Shown here piece by piece: positions 1 to 10,900 of a stretch of DNA of 64,000 nucleotides. The notes beneath the pieces were generated by a model. It was not told the DNA's origin. It saw nothing but the letters and a program-made list of their open reading frames with translations, and did not search any database. Every line of letters begins with the position of its first letter. Position 1 is the stretch's first letter. The position numbers and the translations under genes were made by a program. Source of the stretch: Macrostomum lignano (Eukaryota); the NCBI GenBank assembly GCA_002269645.1, contig NIVC01000152.1, positions 620,001 through 684,000 of the forward strand. The letters run 5' to 3'.

Positions 1-2191
1 TCTTGCAATCTGGTCAGAGAGGGCGGATGACTCTTGGAATCTGGTCAGAGAGGGCGGATGTCTCTTGCAATCTGGTCAGAGGAGCGGATGACTCTTGGAA
101 TCTGGTCAGAGGGGGTGGATGTCTCTTGCAATCTGGTCAGAGAGGGCGGATGTCTTGCAATCTGGTCAGAGGAGCGGATGACTCTTGGAATCTGGTCAGA
201 GAGGGCGGATGTCTCTTGCAATTGGTCAGAGGGGGCGGATGACTCTTGCAATCTGGTCAAAGGGGGCGGATGTCTCTTGGAATCTGGTCAGAGAGGGCGG
301 ATGTCTCTTGCAATTGGTCAGAGGGGGGATGACTCTTGCAATCTGGTCAAAGGGGGCGGATGTCTCTTGGAATCTGGTCAGAGAGGGCGGATGTCTCTTG
401 CAATCTGGTCAGAGAGGGCGGATGTCTCTTGGAATCTGGTCAGAGAGGGCGGATGTCTCTTGCAATCTGGTCAGAGAGGGCGGATGTCTCTTGCAATCTG
501 GTCAGAGGGGGCGGATGAATCTTGGAATCTGGTCAGAGAGGGCGGATGACTCTTGCAATCTGGTCAGAGAGGGCGGATGTCTCTTGCAATCTGGTCAGAG
601 GGGGCGGATGTCTCTTGGAATCTGGTCAGAGAGGGCGGATGACTCTTGGAATCTGGTCAGAGAGGGCGGATGTCTCTTGGAATCTGGTCAGAGAGGGCGG
701 ATGTCTCTTGCAATCTGGTCAGAGGGGGCGGATGACTATTGGAATCTGGTCAGAGAGGGCGGATGTCTCTTGCAATCTGGTCAGAGGGGGCGGATGTCTC
801 TTGGAATCTGGTCAGAGAGGGCGGATGACTCTTGGAATCTGGTCAGAGAGGGCGGATGTCTCTTGGAATCTGGTCAGAGAGGGCGGATGTCTCTTGCAAT
901 CTGGTCAGAGGGGGCGGATGACTATTGGAATCTGGTCAGAGAGGGCGGATGTCTCTTGCAATTGGTCAGAGAGGGCGAGTGTCTCTTGGAATCTGGTCAG
1001 AGGGGGCGAGTGACTCTTGGAATCAGTTCAGAGAGGGCGAGTGACTCTTGGAATCTGGTCAGAGAGGGCGAGTGTCTCTTGCAATCTGGTCAGAGGGGGC
1101 GAGTGACTCTTGGAATCAGTTCAGAGAGGGCGAGTGACTCTTGCAATCAGTTCAGAGAGGGCGAGTGTCTCTTGGAATCTGGTCAGAGGAGCGGATTTCT
1201 TTTGCAATCTAGTCAGAGAGGGCGGATGTCTCTTGGAATCTGGTCAGAGGGGGCGAGTGACTCTTGGAATCTGGTCAGAGGGGGCGAGTGACTCTTGGAA
1301 TCTGGTCAGAGGGGGCGAGTGTCTCTTGGAATCTGGTCAGAGGGGCGAGTGTCTCTTGGAATCTGGTCAGAGAGGGACGCTTTCATAAGACCTAAATTTC
1401 ACAACGCCTAAAACCACTACACTTCACAACGCCTAAATTTCATATCGCCTAAATTTCACAACGCCTAAAACCGAAAATGCAGCCTCCTTCACATCGCCTA
1501 AATTTCATATCGCCTAAATTTCAAAACGCCTAAAATATATGCAGCCTCCTTCACAACGCCTAAATTTCATATTGCCTAAATTTCACAACGCCTAAAACCT
1601 TTGCTTCTCTCCTTCACATTCAGTTTTAGGTGTTATGAAATTTAGGCGATATGAAATTTAGGCGATATGAAGGAGCGTGCAGAAATTTTAGGCGTTGTGA
1701 AATTTAGGCGATGTGAAATTTAGGTGATGTGAAGTCATGTGCTTTAGGCGTTGTGAAATTTAGGTCTTATGAAGCGCCCCCGTCAGAGAGGGCGGATGAC
1801 TATTGGAATCTGGTCAGAGGGGGCGAGTGTCTCTTGGAATCTGGTCAGAGGGGGCGAGTGTCTCTTGGAATCTGGTCAGAGGGGGCGGATGACTATTGCA
1901 ATCTGGTCAGAGGGGGCGAGTGTCTCTTGGAATCTGGTCAGAGGGGGCGAGTGTCTCTTGGAATCTGGTCAGAGGGGGCGGATGACTATTGCAATCTGGT
2001 CAGAGGGGGCGAGTGTCTCTTGGAATCTGGTCAGAGAGGGCGGATGACTATTGCAATCTGGTCAGAGGGGGCGAGTGTCTCTTGGAATCTGGTCAGAGAG
2101 GGCGGATGACTATTGCAATCTGGTCAGAGGGGCGAGTGTCTCTTGGAATCTGGTCAGAGAGGGCGGATGACTATTGGAATCTGGTCAGAGG
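1..2191. repeat. 31-bp minisatellite (TCTCTTGCAATCTGGTCAGAGAGGGCGGATG), interrupted by a MITE at 1374-1781
   Basis: Tandem copies are read directly at 1-1373 and 1782-2191, and the array runs off the window start. Confidence 0.97.
1374..1781. mobile_element. MITE (~408 bp) with 8-bp TSD, hAT-like, inserted in the satellite
   Basis: Left end GGGACGCTTTCATAAGACCTAAATTTCACAACGCCTAAA is inverted to right end TTTAGGCGTTGTGAAATTTAGGTCTTATGAAGCGCCCCC. Internal CGCCTAAATTTCA repeats switch orientation mid-element. GTCAGAGA is duplicated at 1366-1373 and 1782-1789. Confidence 0.85.
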
Positions 2192-2327
2192 TTAAAGCAC
2201 ATCAAGGTGGACCTATTCCCGTTCAATATTTGTGCTAAGGACTACTATTTTTTCCAAGTTGCTTTAGTTTTCCTTGATTTTTGCATGAAATTGAACGTTC
2301 GTGATTTTATATATTTTAAATCCACAG

Positions 2328-4398
2328 CGTGCCGCAGACCTTCAGCAACACCAGCAACAGCGGCCAACAATCAAGCTGATGACGGAGACAACGAGGACGC
2401 AGAAGATGACGAACTGGAAGATGATGATGGCGCTGGGATGCTGGACGAAAAGCGAAACGCCACGGCGATGTCGGGCCAGCTTGTTGGCGACGGTCAAACA
2501 GCGGCGGCGATGTCGCCGACGGAGAAGCGAGCCGACTCGGCGAAGGCCAGGCGACACCGGACTTCCTTTACCAGGTGAGGGGGGCTGGAGAGTGTCTCAC
2601 AGCATCCGGTGCAAAGCGGCATATAACATATAGATGGGCAACTGAGGATCTGGGAGGCTGGCCCAGCAGCTGAGGATCTAGGAGGCTGGCCCAGCAACTG
2701 AGGATCTGGGAGACTGGCCCAGCAACTGAAGATCTGGGAGGCTGACCCAGTAACTGAGGATCTGGGAGGCTGGCGCAGCAACTGAGGATCTGGGAGGCTG
2801 GCCCAGCAACTGAGGATCTGGGAGGCTGGCCCAGTAACTGAGGATCTGGGAGGCTGGCGCAGCAACTGAGGATCTGGGAGGCTGGCCCAGCAACTGAGGA
2901 TCTGGGAGGCTGGCCCAGCAACTGAGGATCTGGGAGGCTGGCCCAGTAACTGAGGATCTGGGAGGCTGGCGCAGCAACTGAGGATCTGGGAGGCTGGCCC
3001 AGCAACTGAGGATCTGGGAGACTGGCCCAGCAGCTGAGGATCTGGGAGGCTGGACCAGCAACTGAGGATCTGGGAGGCTGGCCCAGCAACTGAAGATCTG
3101 AGAGGGTGGCTCAGCAACTGAGGATCTGTGAGGCTGGCCCAGCAACTGAGGATCTGGGAGGTGAGCGCGCGAGTATCGAGATTCTGAGATGGAATCTGGA
3201 GCCGGAATCAGGTTGAGCAAAGCTGATTAAACGCAAAGCCAGTAGTGCACTTGCGCCAGATTGCATCAGCAGATAATTGGTCGGTAACTATAGCGAGCTG
3301 ATAGAGCGAATTGGCTCCAAAATTACGAGCGTATTTTTATGGCACTGTTGAGACCGCAGGCCGCACCAAAGAGCCAGCCGCTTCCTTTTAGTATCGCCGT
3401 TTGAAATTTGACACCACACATCTAAGCGATTTGCATTTGGATCTGCTCCGCTGTTCTGGTGCGTGCGAACTCTACGTAAAATCATTCCTGTACGGTGCTT
3501 TCAGCTGAATGGGCGAAAACGATTGCGAAGGTAGACAAAATAGTCTCATATTTAATGTAGATTAGATGAGATCTCCAGGTAAAAAATAATAAATTGTTGT
3601 AGAGACCGTGGCGCAATGCCCCCCACCACAACCCCCTATCAATGTGTTGTGTTTGAGAACGGAATCGAACCAGGGCCTGTGGCGCGAGATTCGGGTGCTG
3701 CCTTATCGCTGAGATTCTCAAATTCTCATAGTGGATTAGATAAAATTCTGGATGAGATTTGACACTGTTGATCAATAATCAAGAATGCAACCAACATCTA
3801 ATCGATAATTCCCCGTTCAACAACCCCTAGCGCGCAGCTGTCCGCCCTGGAGAACGTGTTCGAGCACACGCACTATCCGGACGCATTCCTTCGCGAGGAT
3901 CTCGCCCGCAGCATCCGCCTCACGGAGGCCCGCGTCCAGGTCTGGTTCCAGAACCGGCGGGCCAAGTTCCGCCGGGTTGAACGGCGGAAGCACGAGGACC
4001 AGGGCGGCCAGGAAGTTGCTGTTAGGAAGGCGGCACTGCAGTCGCCCGATCTCTCGAGGCTGAACGCGCAGCAGCAGCAGTCGCAGCAGCAGCCTAACTG
4101 GGCTACTGGGCCCTCGCCAATACCAGCTCAGCACCAGCATCAGCACCAGCAGCAGTCGCTGAACGCGTTCGCAGCTGCAGCGGCTTACGGCGGCCACGTC
4201 CTTCCAGGCCTGCCGTTTCCAACGTCGCTGTACGCAGCGACGGCAGCTGGCAGGCAGCAGCAGCAGCAGCCCAATCTGCAGCCTCCGCAGCTTCATCACC
4301 AGCATCATCATCAGCAGTCTCAATATCCCAACTCCCTGGAGCACTATCATCACCAAGAAGCAAGGGGCCATGGGCCAGCAGCCTATCTCAGCATGTGA
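2328..4398 (+). CDS. PRRX: Paired-like (Q50) homeobox transcription factor, Prrx-like; exons ~2328-2574 and 3831-4398; 5' exon(s) not identified
   Basis: Joining CCAG|gtgagg (2574) to ctag|CGCG (3831) gives [61 protein letters not shown]. The THYPDAF and AKFRRxER motifs fit Prrx best among PRD-class homeodomains. The C-terminus is Q/H-rich and ends at TGA 4396-4398. Confidence 0.85.
2640..3161. repeat. 28-bp GC-rich minisatellite in the Prrx intron (GCCCAGCAACTGAGGATCTGGGAGGCTG)
   Basis: Tandem copies; same monomer as 8199-10611. Confidence 0.97.
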
Positions 4399-4796
4399 CG
4401 CGCCAGTTACCTCCCGCAGTTTTAACGAGCAAACAATAAGAAAAAACAATGTAGAGACCACAGTGTGCAGTCAGAATGCAGTTTAACAATTGCCTGTCGC
4501 ATCTACTAAATCGCATTTTTTATTCTGCAAAAAACCCCACTACTAAATGTATAGTGCAAGAGGAGCGACCTCTAAAGGTCTTCAATATAATTATTCAATC
4601 TGCAACTTAGGAATATCCTGTCTATTATGTATAAATGTGAGATAAGCTTGGTCAAGTTATCATGCAGTAAATTATTTTCAGTCTAATAACAACCATTAAA
4701 TGTGCCAGAGACTGTTCTGTCACTTCTGTCTGTCTGTTACCTAACCTACTGGCAACTAACCGACTTTCATTTCGGCAAAGTTCACAAATACGCGTA

Positions 4797-5449
4797 GATA
4801 CTCTCTAGATTTTATATAGAACTCTCTAGATTTCATATAGAACACTCTAGATTTCATATAGAACACTCTAGATTTCATATAGAACTCTCTAGATTTCATA
4901 TAGAACTCTCTAGATTTCATATAGAACTCTCTAGATTTCATATAGAACTCTCTAGATTTCATATAGAACACTCTAGATTTCATATAGAACACTCTAGATT
5001 TCATATAGAACTCTCTAGATTTCATATAGAACTCTCTAGATTTCATATAGAACACTCTAGATTTCATATAGAACTCTCTAGATTTCATATAGAACTCTCT
5101 AGATTTCATATAGAACTCTCTAGATTTCATATAGAACTCTCTAGATTTCATATAGAACTCTCTAGATTTCATATAGAACTCTCTAGATTTCATATAGAAC
5201 TCTCTAGATTTCATATAGAACACTCTAGATTTCATATAGAACACTCTAGATTTCATATAGAACTCTCTAGATTTCATATAGAACACTCTAGATTTCATAT
5301 AGAACACTCTAGATTTCATATAGAACACTCTAGATTTCATACAGAACTCTCTAGATTTCATATAGAACACTCTAGATTTCATATAGAACTCTCTAGATTT
5401 CATATAGAACACTCTAGATTTCATATAGAACTCTCTAGATTTCATATAG
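4797..5449. repeat. 21-bp minisatellite (TCTAGATTTCATATAGAACTC)
   Basis: About 30 near-identical tandem copies. Confidence 0.97.
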
Positions 5450-5450
5450 A

Positions 5451-5757
5451 GGGGACTGCAGTAGCCTTGTGGTTAGAGCGTCGGACTCACGACTGAAAGG
5501 TCAGGGGTTCGATTCTCGACCCATTCGGAACAATCTGTGTCCATAAGCAAGACACTTAACTCTGCATTGCTTCAGTTCACCCAGCTGTAAAATGGGTGCC
5601 AGCATTAGCTGGGGTAATTGAGGGTGTGTGGCGACCCCCCAGTCCTTGGACTGAACAGCCGTACGCAGCCTTCAGATGCGCCGCGCAATAGCTGCGGCTG
5701 AGCTGTGGGTTGCACATCTCTGGCCATTGGGGCAGGTGTGATCAATTATTGTTATTA
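5451..5757 (+). mobile_element. tRNA-derived SINE with CORE-like central domain
   Basis: The head has an A-box-like TAGCCTTGTGGTTAGAGCG and a B-box-like GGTTCGATTC. Positions 5547-5596 (GCAAGACACTTAACTCTGCATTGCTTCAGTTCACCCAGCTGTAAAATGGG) closely resemble the MIR CORE motif as recalled (GCAAGTCACTTAACCTCTCTGTGCCTCAGTTTCCTCATCTGTAAAATGGG). The 3' boundary is approximate. Confidence 0.75.
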
Positions 5758-5811
5758 GATTTCTAAAAAAAGATAGTAAAAATTAATAAGGACTTTCTAG
5801 AGTTCGGATGA

Positions 5812-6199
5812 ATTCCAGATTTCGGAGAGAACATTCTACATTTCGGAGAGAACATTCCAGATTTCGGAGAACATTCCAGATTTCGGAGTGAACATTCCAG
5901 ATTTCGGAGAGAACATTCCAGATTTCGGAGAGAACATTCCAGATTTCGGAGTTAACATTCCAGATTTCGGAGTTAACATTCCAGATTTCGGAGTGAACAT
6001 TCCAGATTTCGGAGAGAACATTCCAGATTTCGGAGTGAACATTCCAGATTTCGGAGAGAACATTCCAGATTTCGGAGTGAACATTCCAGATTTCGGAGAG
6101 AACATTCCAGATTTCGGAGTGAACATTCCAGATTTCGGAGAGAACATTCCAGATTTCGGAGTGAACATTCCAGATTTCGGAGAGAACATTCCAGATTTC
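5812..6199. repeat. 21-bp minisatellite (TCCAGATTTCGGAGAGAACAT)
   Basis: Tandem copies with alternating GAGA/GTGA variants. Confidence 0.97.
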
Positions 6200-7135
6200 G
6201 CGGAAAGTTTTCTAGATTCTCAGGACAGGCTTACAACATCAAAGAATTAAAAAAGAACACATCAGACTATCGACTGAAATATGAGTAATTATTTGAGCTC
6301 TGCTCAGTTTCAGCGGCAAAAGGAAGAATACTACGAATCGGGAAAAATGGTCTGTTATACATTAATTAATTATTTATTTACGCTAGTTTGACCAATTTAA
6401 GCTTCTTTAAATCAGAAAAAACCTGAAAACACTGAAAAGAAGTTGATTAGCTCTACTACTAACAAGTAGCAAGCATAGAATTAGAGACAATTATTGCAAT
6501 CAATATAAATTCAATTAAAAGCACCATATTGATAATAATCGATAAAGTAAGGTAAGAAAATTAACAGCAATATGACACTGGTTTATTAACAATTAACAAT
6601 CTTACCAAGGCACAATTTTATATTACTAACAGTAGGAATGCCAAGTATTTTTGTTCAAATGAAATACTACTGTTTTAAATACGCAATTATAACTTAACCT
6701 GATGACCTTGAATGTAACTTGGCACTGTTTCCGTGAATAAGTGACACAAATGAAATTGAATTTGAGTTCAATCATCCAACAGAGTAGCCATGATAAGTGC
6801 GTGAAATTAATTTAGATATCACAATTCATCACATAGTACTATGGTAGCAAGAAAACCCATTTGAACGCAACAACAAGGTACATGAAAAAGTTACGAAACC
6901 GAATTTTAATTTTGGCAAACGAGAGCAGAATATGATGCAATTCTTGATTGACCGAATCCAGCTAAAGTCAGTCATCGAGCATTGGCTTGAGCTCGGGAAT
7001 AATAATACGAAACAGTTAATATCTAGTCCACAAATACTCTGACTTTAACTGATTCTTCACGGGTCATTTATGACCTTCATTTTATGCAGTTATCCGCGGA
7101 ATATTGACACTTCCAGATTCGAATCTAGGGATTTA

Positions 7136-7615
7136 CTATAGATTTACACAGAGTCCATAGATTTACACACCGAGTCTAAAGATTTACACACCGAGTCTAT
7201 AGATTTACACACCGAGTCTATAGATTTACTCACCGAGTCTATAGATTTACTCACCGAGTCTATAGATTTACACACCGAGTCTATAGATTTGCACACCGAG
7301 TCTATAGATTTACATACCGAATCTGACTTTGTTCGCTCCCAGGCTCTGCGGCGCGCCATCTGACGCGCCCTGCTCTAACTGTGACTGTGCATGCGGGGTC
7401 GCGTATTTTGTTGTTGTTGTATACCGAATCTGTAGATTTACACACCGAATCTGTAGATTTACACACCGAATCTGTAGATTTACACACCGAATCTGTAGAT
7501 TTACACACCGAATCTGTAGATTTACACACCGAGTCTATAGATTTACACACCCTATATGCAGATTTACACACTTAATCTACAGATTTACAATAGATTAACA
7601 CACCGAATCTATACT
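7136..7615. repeat. 21-bp minisatellite (TATAGATTTACACACCGAGTC), split by a 95-bp insertion
   Basis: Tandem copies on both sides of 7326-7420. Confidence 0.95.
7326..7420 (+). mobile_element. Short 5'-truncated retroposon insertion with (TTG)n tail and 12-bp TSD
   Basis: ATACCGAATCTG is duplicated at 7314-7325 and 7421-7432, and the insert ends TTTTGTTGTTGTTGT. Confidence 0.7.
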
Positions 7616-7951
7616 TTCATCTAATTTAAAGATTTACCAATCCATCTCTAAGGGACGAGCACACCGAGTCCTAAGGATTCACACGCCGAATCTAGGGACT
7701 TCCAAGTCGAATATATATGCTTAATAATTTACTTAAACATCCAATCAATGGACTTCTACACTGAATATAGAGATTCTAAACTCAAATTTAAAGCTTAAAA
7801 ATTTAAGATTCAGACTATAAAATCTTTGAAATCAAAAGTTAAGCCCCTATACTTGCGAAAATGTTGCAATCATTCAGAGATAGAAGCGGTGCGGATTAGA
7901 GTGAGCAAATAAAAAACGCACTACTAACAGTAATTTAGAAGCGGGTTATCT

Positions 7952-10900
7952 TCAAATTCCCGCCTCGCTGGCAGTCGAGTCTTCGGCATCGACAGCGCCA
8001 TCCTGAGAGTCGAAGGAGCCCAGCGCGCCTGCCGGACGGCCTGGCGCGCTCGACGGGGCGCCGCTAGCGGAGGCAGCGTTGTGGGGCCGGCGAGTGTAGA
8101 ACTCGTGCGCCTTGGCCAGGATTTGGCGCACGTCCGCGTACGGGTAATTCTGGGGGCGGTGGGTTGATGATTGTTATAGCTGAACTTTTTGATGGTGAGG
8201 GAGGCTGGCCCAGCAACTGGGGATCTGGGAGGCTGGCCCAGCAACTGAGGATCTGGGAGGCTGGCCCAGCAACCGAGGATCTGGGAGGCTGGCCCAGCAA
8301 CTGAGGATCTGGGAGGCTGGCCCAGCAACCGAGGACCTGGGAGGCTGGCCCAGCAACCGAGGACCTGGGAGGCTGGCCCAGCAACTGAGGATCTGGGAGG
8401 CTGGCCCAGAAACCGAGGATCTGGGAGGCTGGCCCAGCAACCGAGGATCTGGGAGGCTGGCCCAGCAACTGAGGATCTGGGAGGCTGGCCCAGCAACTGA
8501 GGATCTAGGAGGCTGGCCCAGCAACTGAGGATCTGAGAGGCTGGCCCAGCAACTGAGGATCTGGGAGGCTGGCCCAGCAACCGAGGATCTGGAAGGCTGG
8601 CCCAGCAACCGAGGATCTGGGAGGCTGGCCCAGCAACTGAGGATCTGAGAGGGTGGCCCAGAAACTGAGGATCTGAGAGGGTGGCCCAGAAACTGAGGAT
8701 CTGGGAGGCTGGCCCAGCAGCTGAGGATCTGGGAGGCTGGCCCAGCAACTGAGGATCTGGGAGGCTGGCCCAGCAACTGAGGATCTGGGAGGCTGGCCCA
8801 GCAACTGAGGATCTGGGAGGCTGGCCCAGCAACTGAGGATCTGGGAGGCTGGCACTGCAACCGAGGATCTGGGAGGCTGGCCCAGCAACTGAGGATCTGG
8901 GAGGCTGGCCCAGCAACCGAGGATCTGGGAGGCTGGACCAGCAACTGAGGATCTGGAAGGCTGGCCCAGCAACTAAGGATCTGGGAGGCTGTCCAAGCAA
9001 CTGAGGATCTGGGAGGCTGGCACTGCAACCGAGGATCTGGGAGGCTGGCACAGCAACCGAGGATCTGGGAGGCTGGCCCAGCAACCAAGGATCTGGGAGG
9101 CTGGCCCAGCAGCTAAGGATCTGGGAGGCTGGCCAAGCAACTGAGGATCTGGGAGGCTGGCCCAGCAACTGAGGACCTGGGAGGCTGGCCCAGCAACCGA
9201 GGATCTGGGAGGCTGGCCCAGCAACCGAGGATCTGGGAGGCTGGCCCAGCAACTGAGGATTTGGGAGGCTGGCCCAGCAACTGACACTCTGGGAGGCTGG
9301 CCCAGCAACTGACACTCTGGGAGGCTGGCCCAGCAACTGAGGATCTGGGAGGCTGGCACTGCAACCGAGGATCTGGGAGGCTGGCCCAGCAACTGAGGAT
9401 CTGGGAGGCTGGCCCAGCAACCGAGGATCTGGGAGGCTGGACCAGCAACTGAGGATCTGGGAGGCTGGCCCAGCAACTAAGGATCTGGGAGGCTGTCCAA
9501 GCAACTGAGGATCTGGGAGGCTGGCACTGCAACCGAGGATCTGGGAGGCTGGCACAGCAACAGAGGATCTGGGAGGCTGGCCCAGCAACCGATGATCTGG
9601 GAGGCTGGCCCAGCAACCGAGGATCTGGGAGGCTGGCTCAGCAACTGAGGATCTGGGAGGCTGGTGGCCCAGTAACTCAGGATCTGGGAGGCTGGCCCAG
9701 AAACTGGGGATCTGGGAGGCTGGCCCAGCAACCGAGGATCTGGGAGGCTGGCCCAGCAACCGAAGATCTGAAAGGCTGGCCCAGCAGCTAAGGATCTGGG
9801 AGGCTGGACCAGCAACTGAGGATCTGGGAGGCTGGCCCAGCAGCTAAGGATCTGGGAGGCTGGCCCAGCAACTGAGGATCTGGGAGGCTGGCCCAGCAAC
9901 TAAGGATCTGGGAGGCTGTCCAAGCAACTGAGGATCTGGGAGGCTGTCCAAGCAACTGAGGATCTGGGAGGCTGTCCAAGCAACTGAGGATCTGGGAGGC
10001 TGGCACTGCAACCGAGGATCTGGGAGGCTGGCCCAGCAACTAAGGATCTGGGAGGCTGGCCCAGCAACTGAAGATCTGGAAGGCTGGCCCAGCAGCTGAG
10101 GATCTGGGAGGCTGGCCCAGCAACTGAGGATCTGGGAGGCTGGCCCAGCAACTGAGGATCTGGGAGGCTGGTGGCCCAGTAACTCAGGATCTGGGAGGCT
10201 GGCCAAGAAACTGGGGATCTGGGAGGCTGGCCCAGCAACTGAGGATCTGGGAATCTCGCCCAGCAACTGAGGATCTGAGAGGCTGGCCCAGCAACTGAGG
10301 ATCTGGGAGGCTGGCCCAGCAACCGAGGATCTGGGAACCTCGCCCAGCAACTGAGGATCTGAGAGGCTGGTGGCCCAGTAACTGAGGATCTGGGAGGCTG
10401 TCCAAGCAACTGAGGATCTGGGAGGCTGGCTCCGAAGCGGAGGATCTGGGAGGCTGTCCAAGCAACTGAGGATCTAGGGAGGCTGGCCCCGAAGCTGAGG
10501 ATCTGGGATTGAGGCCAAGCAACTGAGGATCTGGGATTCTGGCCCAGTAACTGAGGATCTGGGATTGTGGCCCAGCAACTGAGGATCTGGGAGGCTGGCC
10601 CAGCAACTGAGCAACCAGCACTCCATAGCCCAGTTGGCAGCTCACCTGCACCAGCCGCATGCAGTCGGAGAAGTCGGCAGCCAGCAGCTGGTCTCGGATA
10701 AGCACCAGCATGGCGCAGCAGACGTCCAGCAGGAAGTTGAACCGCTGTGGATCTGCCAGCAGGGAGTCCCACACGCGCAGCAGGTCGGGCAGGCGGAACT
10801 CCTGAGACAGCAGCAGGGTGAGGTAGCGGAAGGCGTAGAACTCCGACTTCAAGCCCAGCTGAGTGAGGCGACTGTGCAGCGGCAGGTCCAGCAGTCTCAG

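Noticed and set aside
3-2195. Multiple overlapping ORFs (SGQRGRMSLAIWSE..., up to 368 aa)
   Set aside because: Translations of a 31-bp tandem repeat cycling through frames; no domain content.
5451-5525. Functional tRNA gene
   Set aside because: A/B-box-like motifs are present but no clean cloverleaf or acceptor stem, and the sequence continues into a CORE-like body, so it is called a SINE head.
4756-7598. MKSREFY, SPKSGMF/NIPDFG and CKSIDSV repeat ORFs
   Set aside because: 21-bp units are in-frame 7-mers by arithmetic; there is no unique coding sequence or splice context.
2494-10772. Long minus-strand ORFs of [28 protein letters not shown] repeats (up to 611 aa), and the repeat-like tail of ORF 10184-11131
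   Set aside because: They come from the 28-bp intronic satellite. The real TBC1D13 exon ends at the donor at 10646/10645 and resumes at 8149 in a frame matching the conserved C-terminus.
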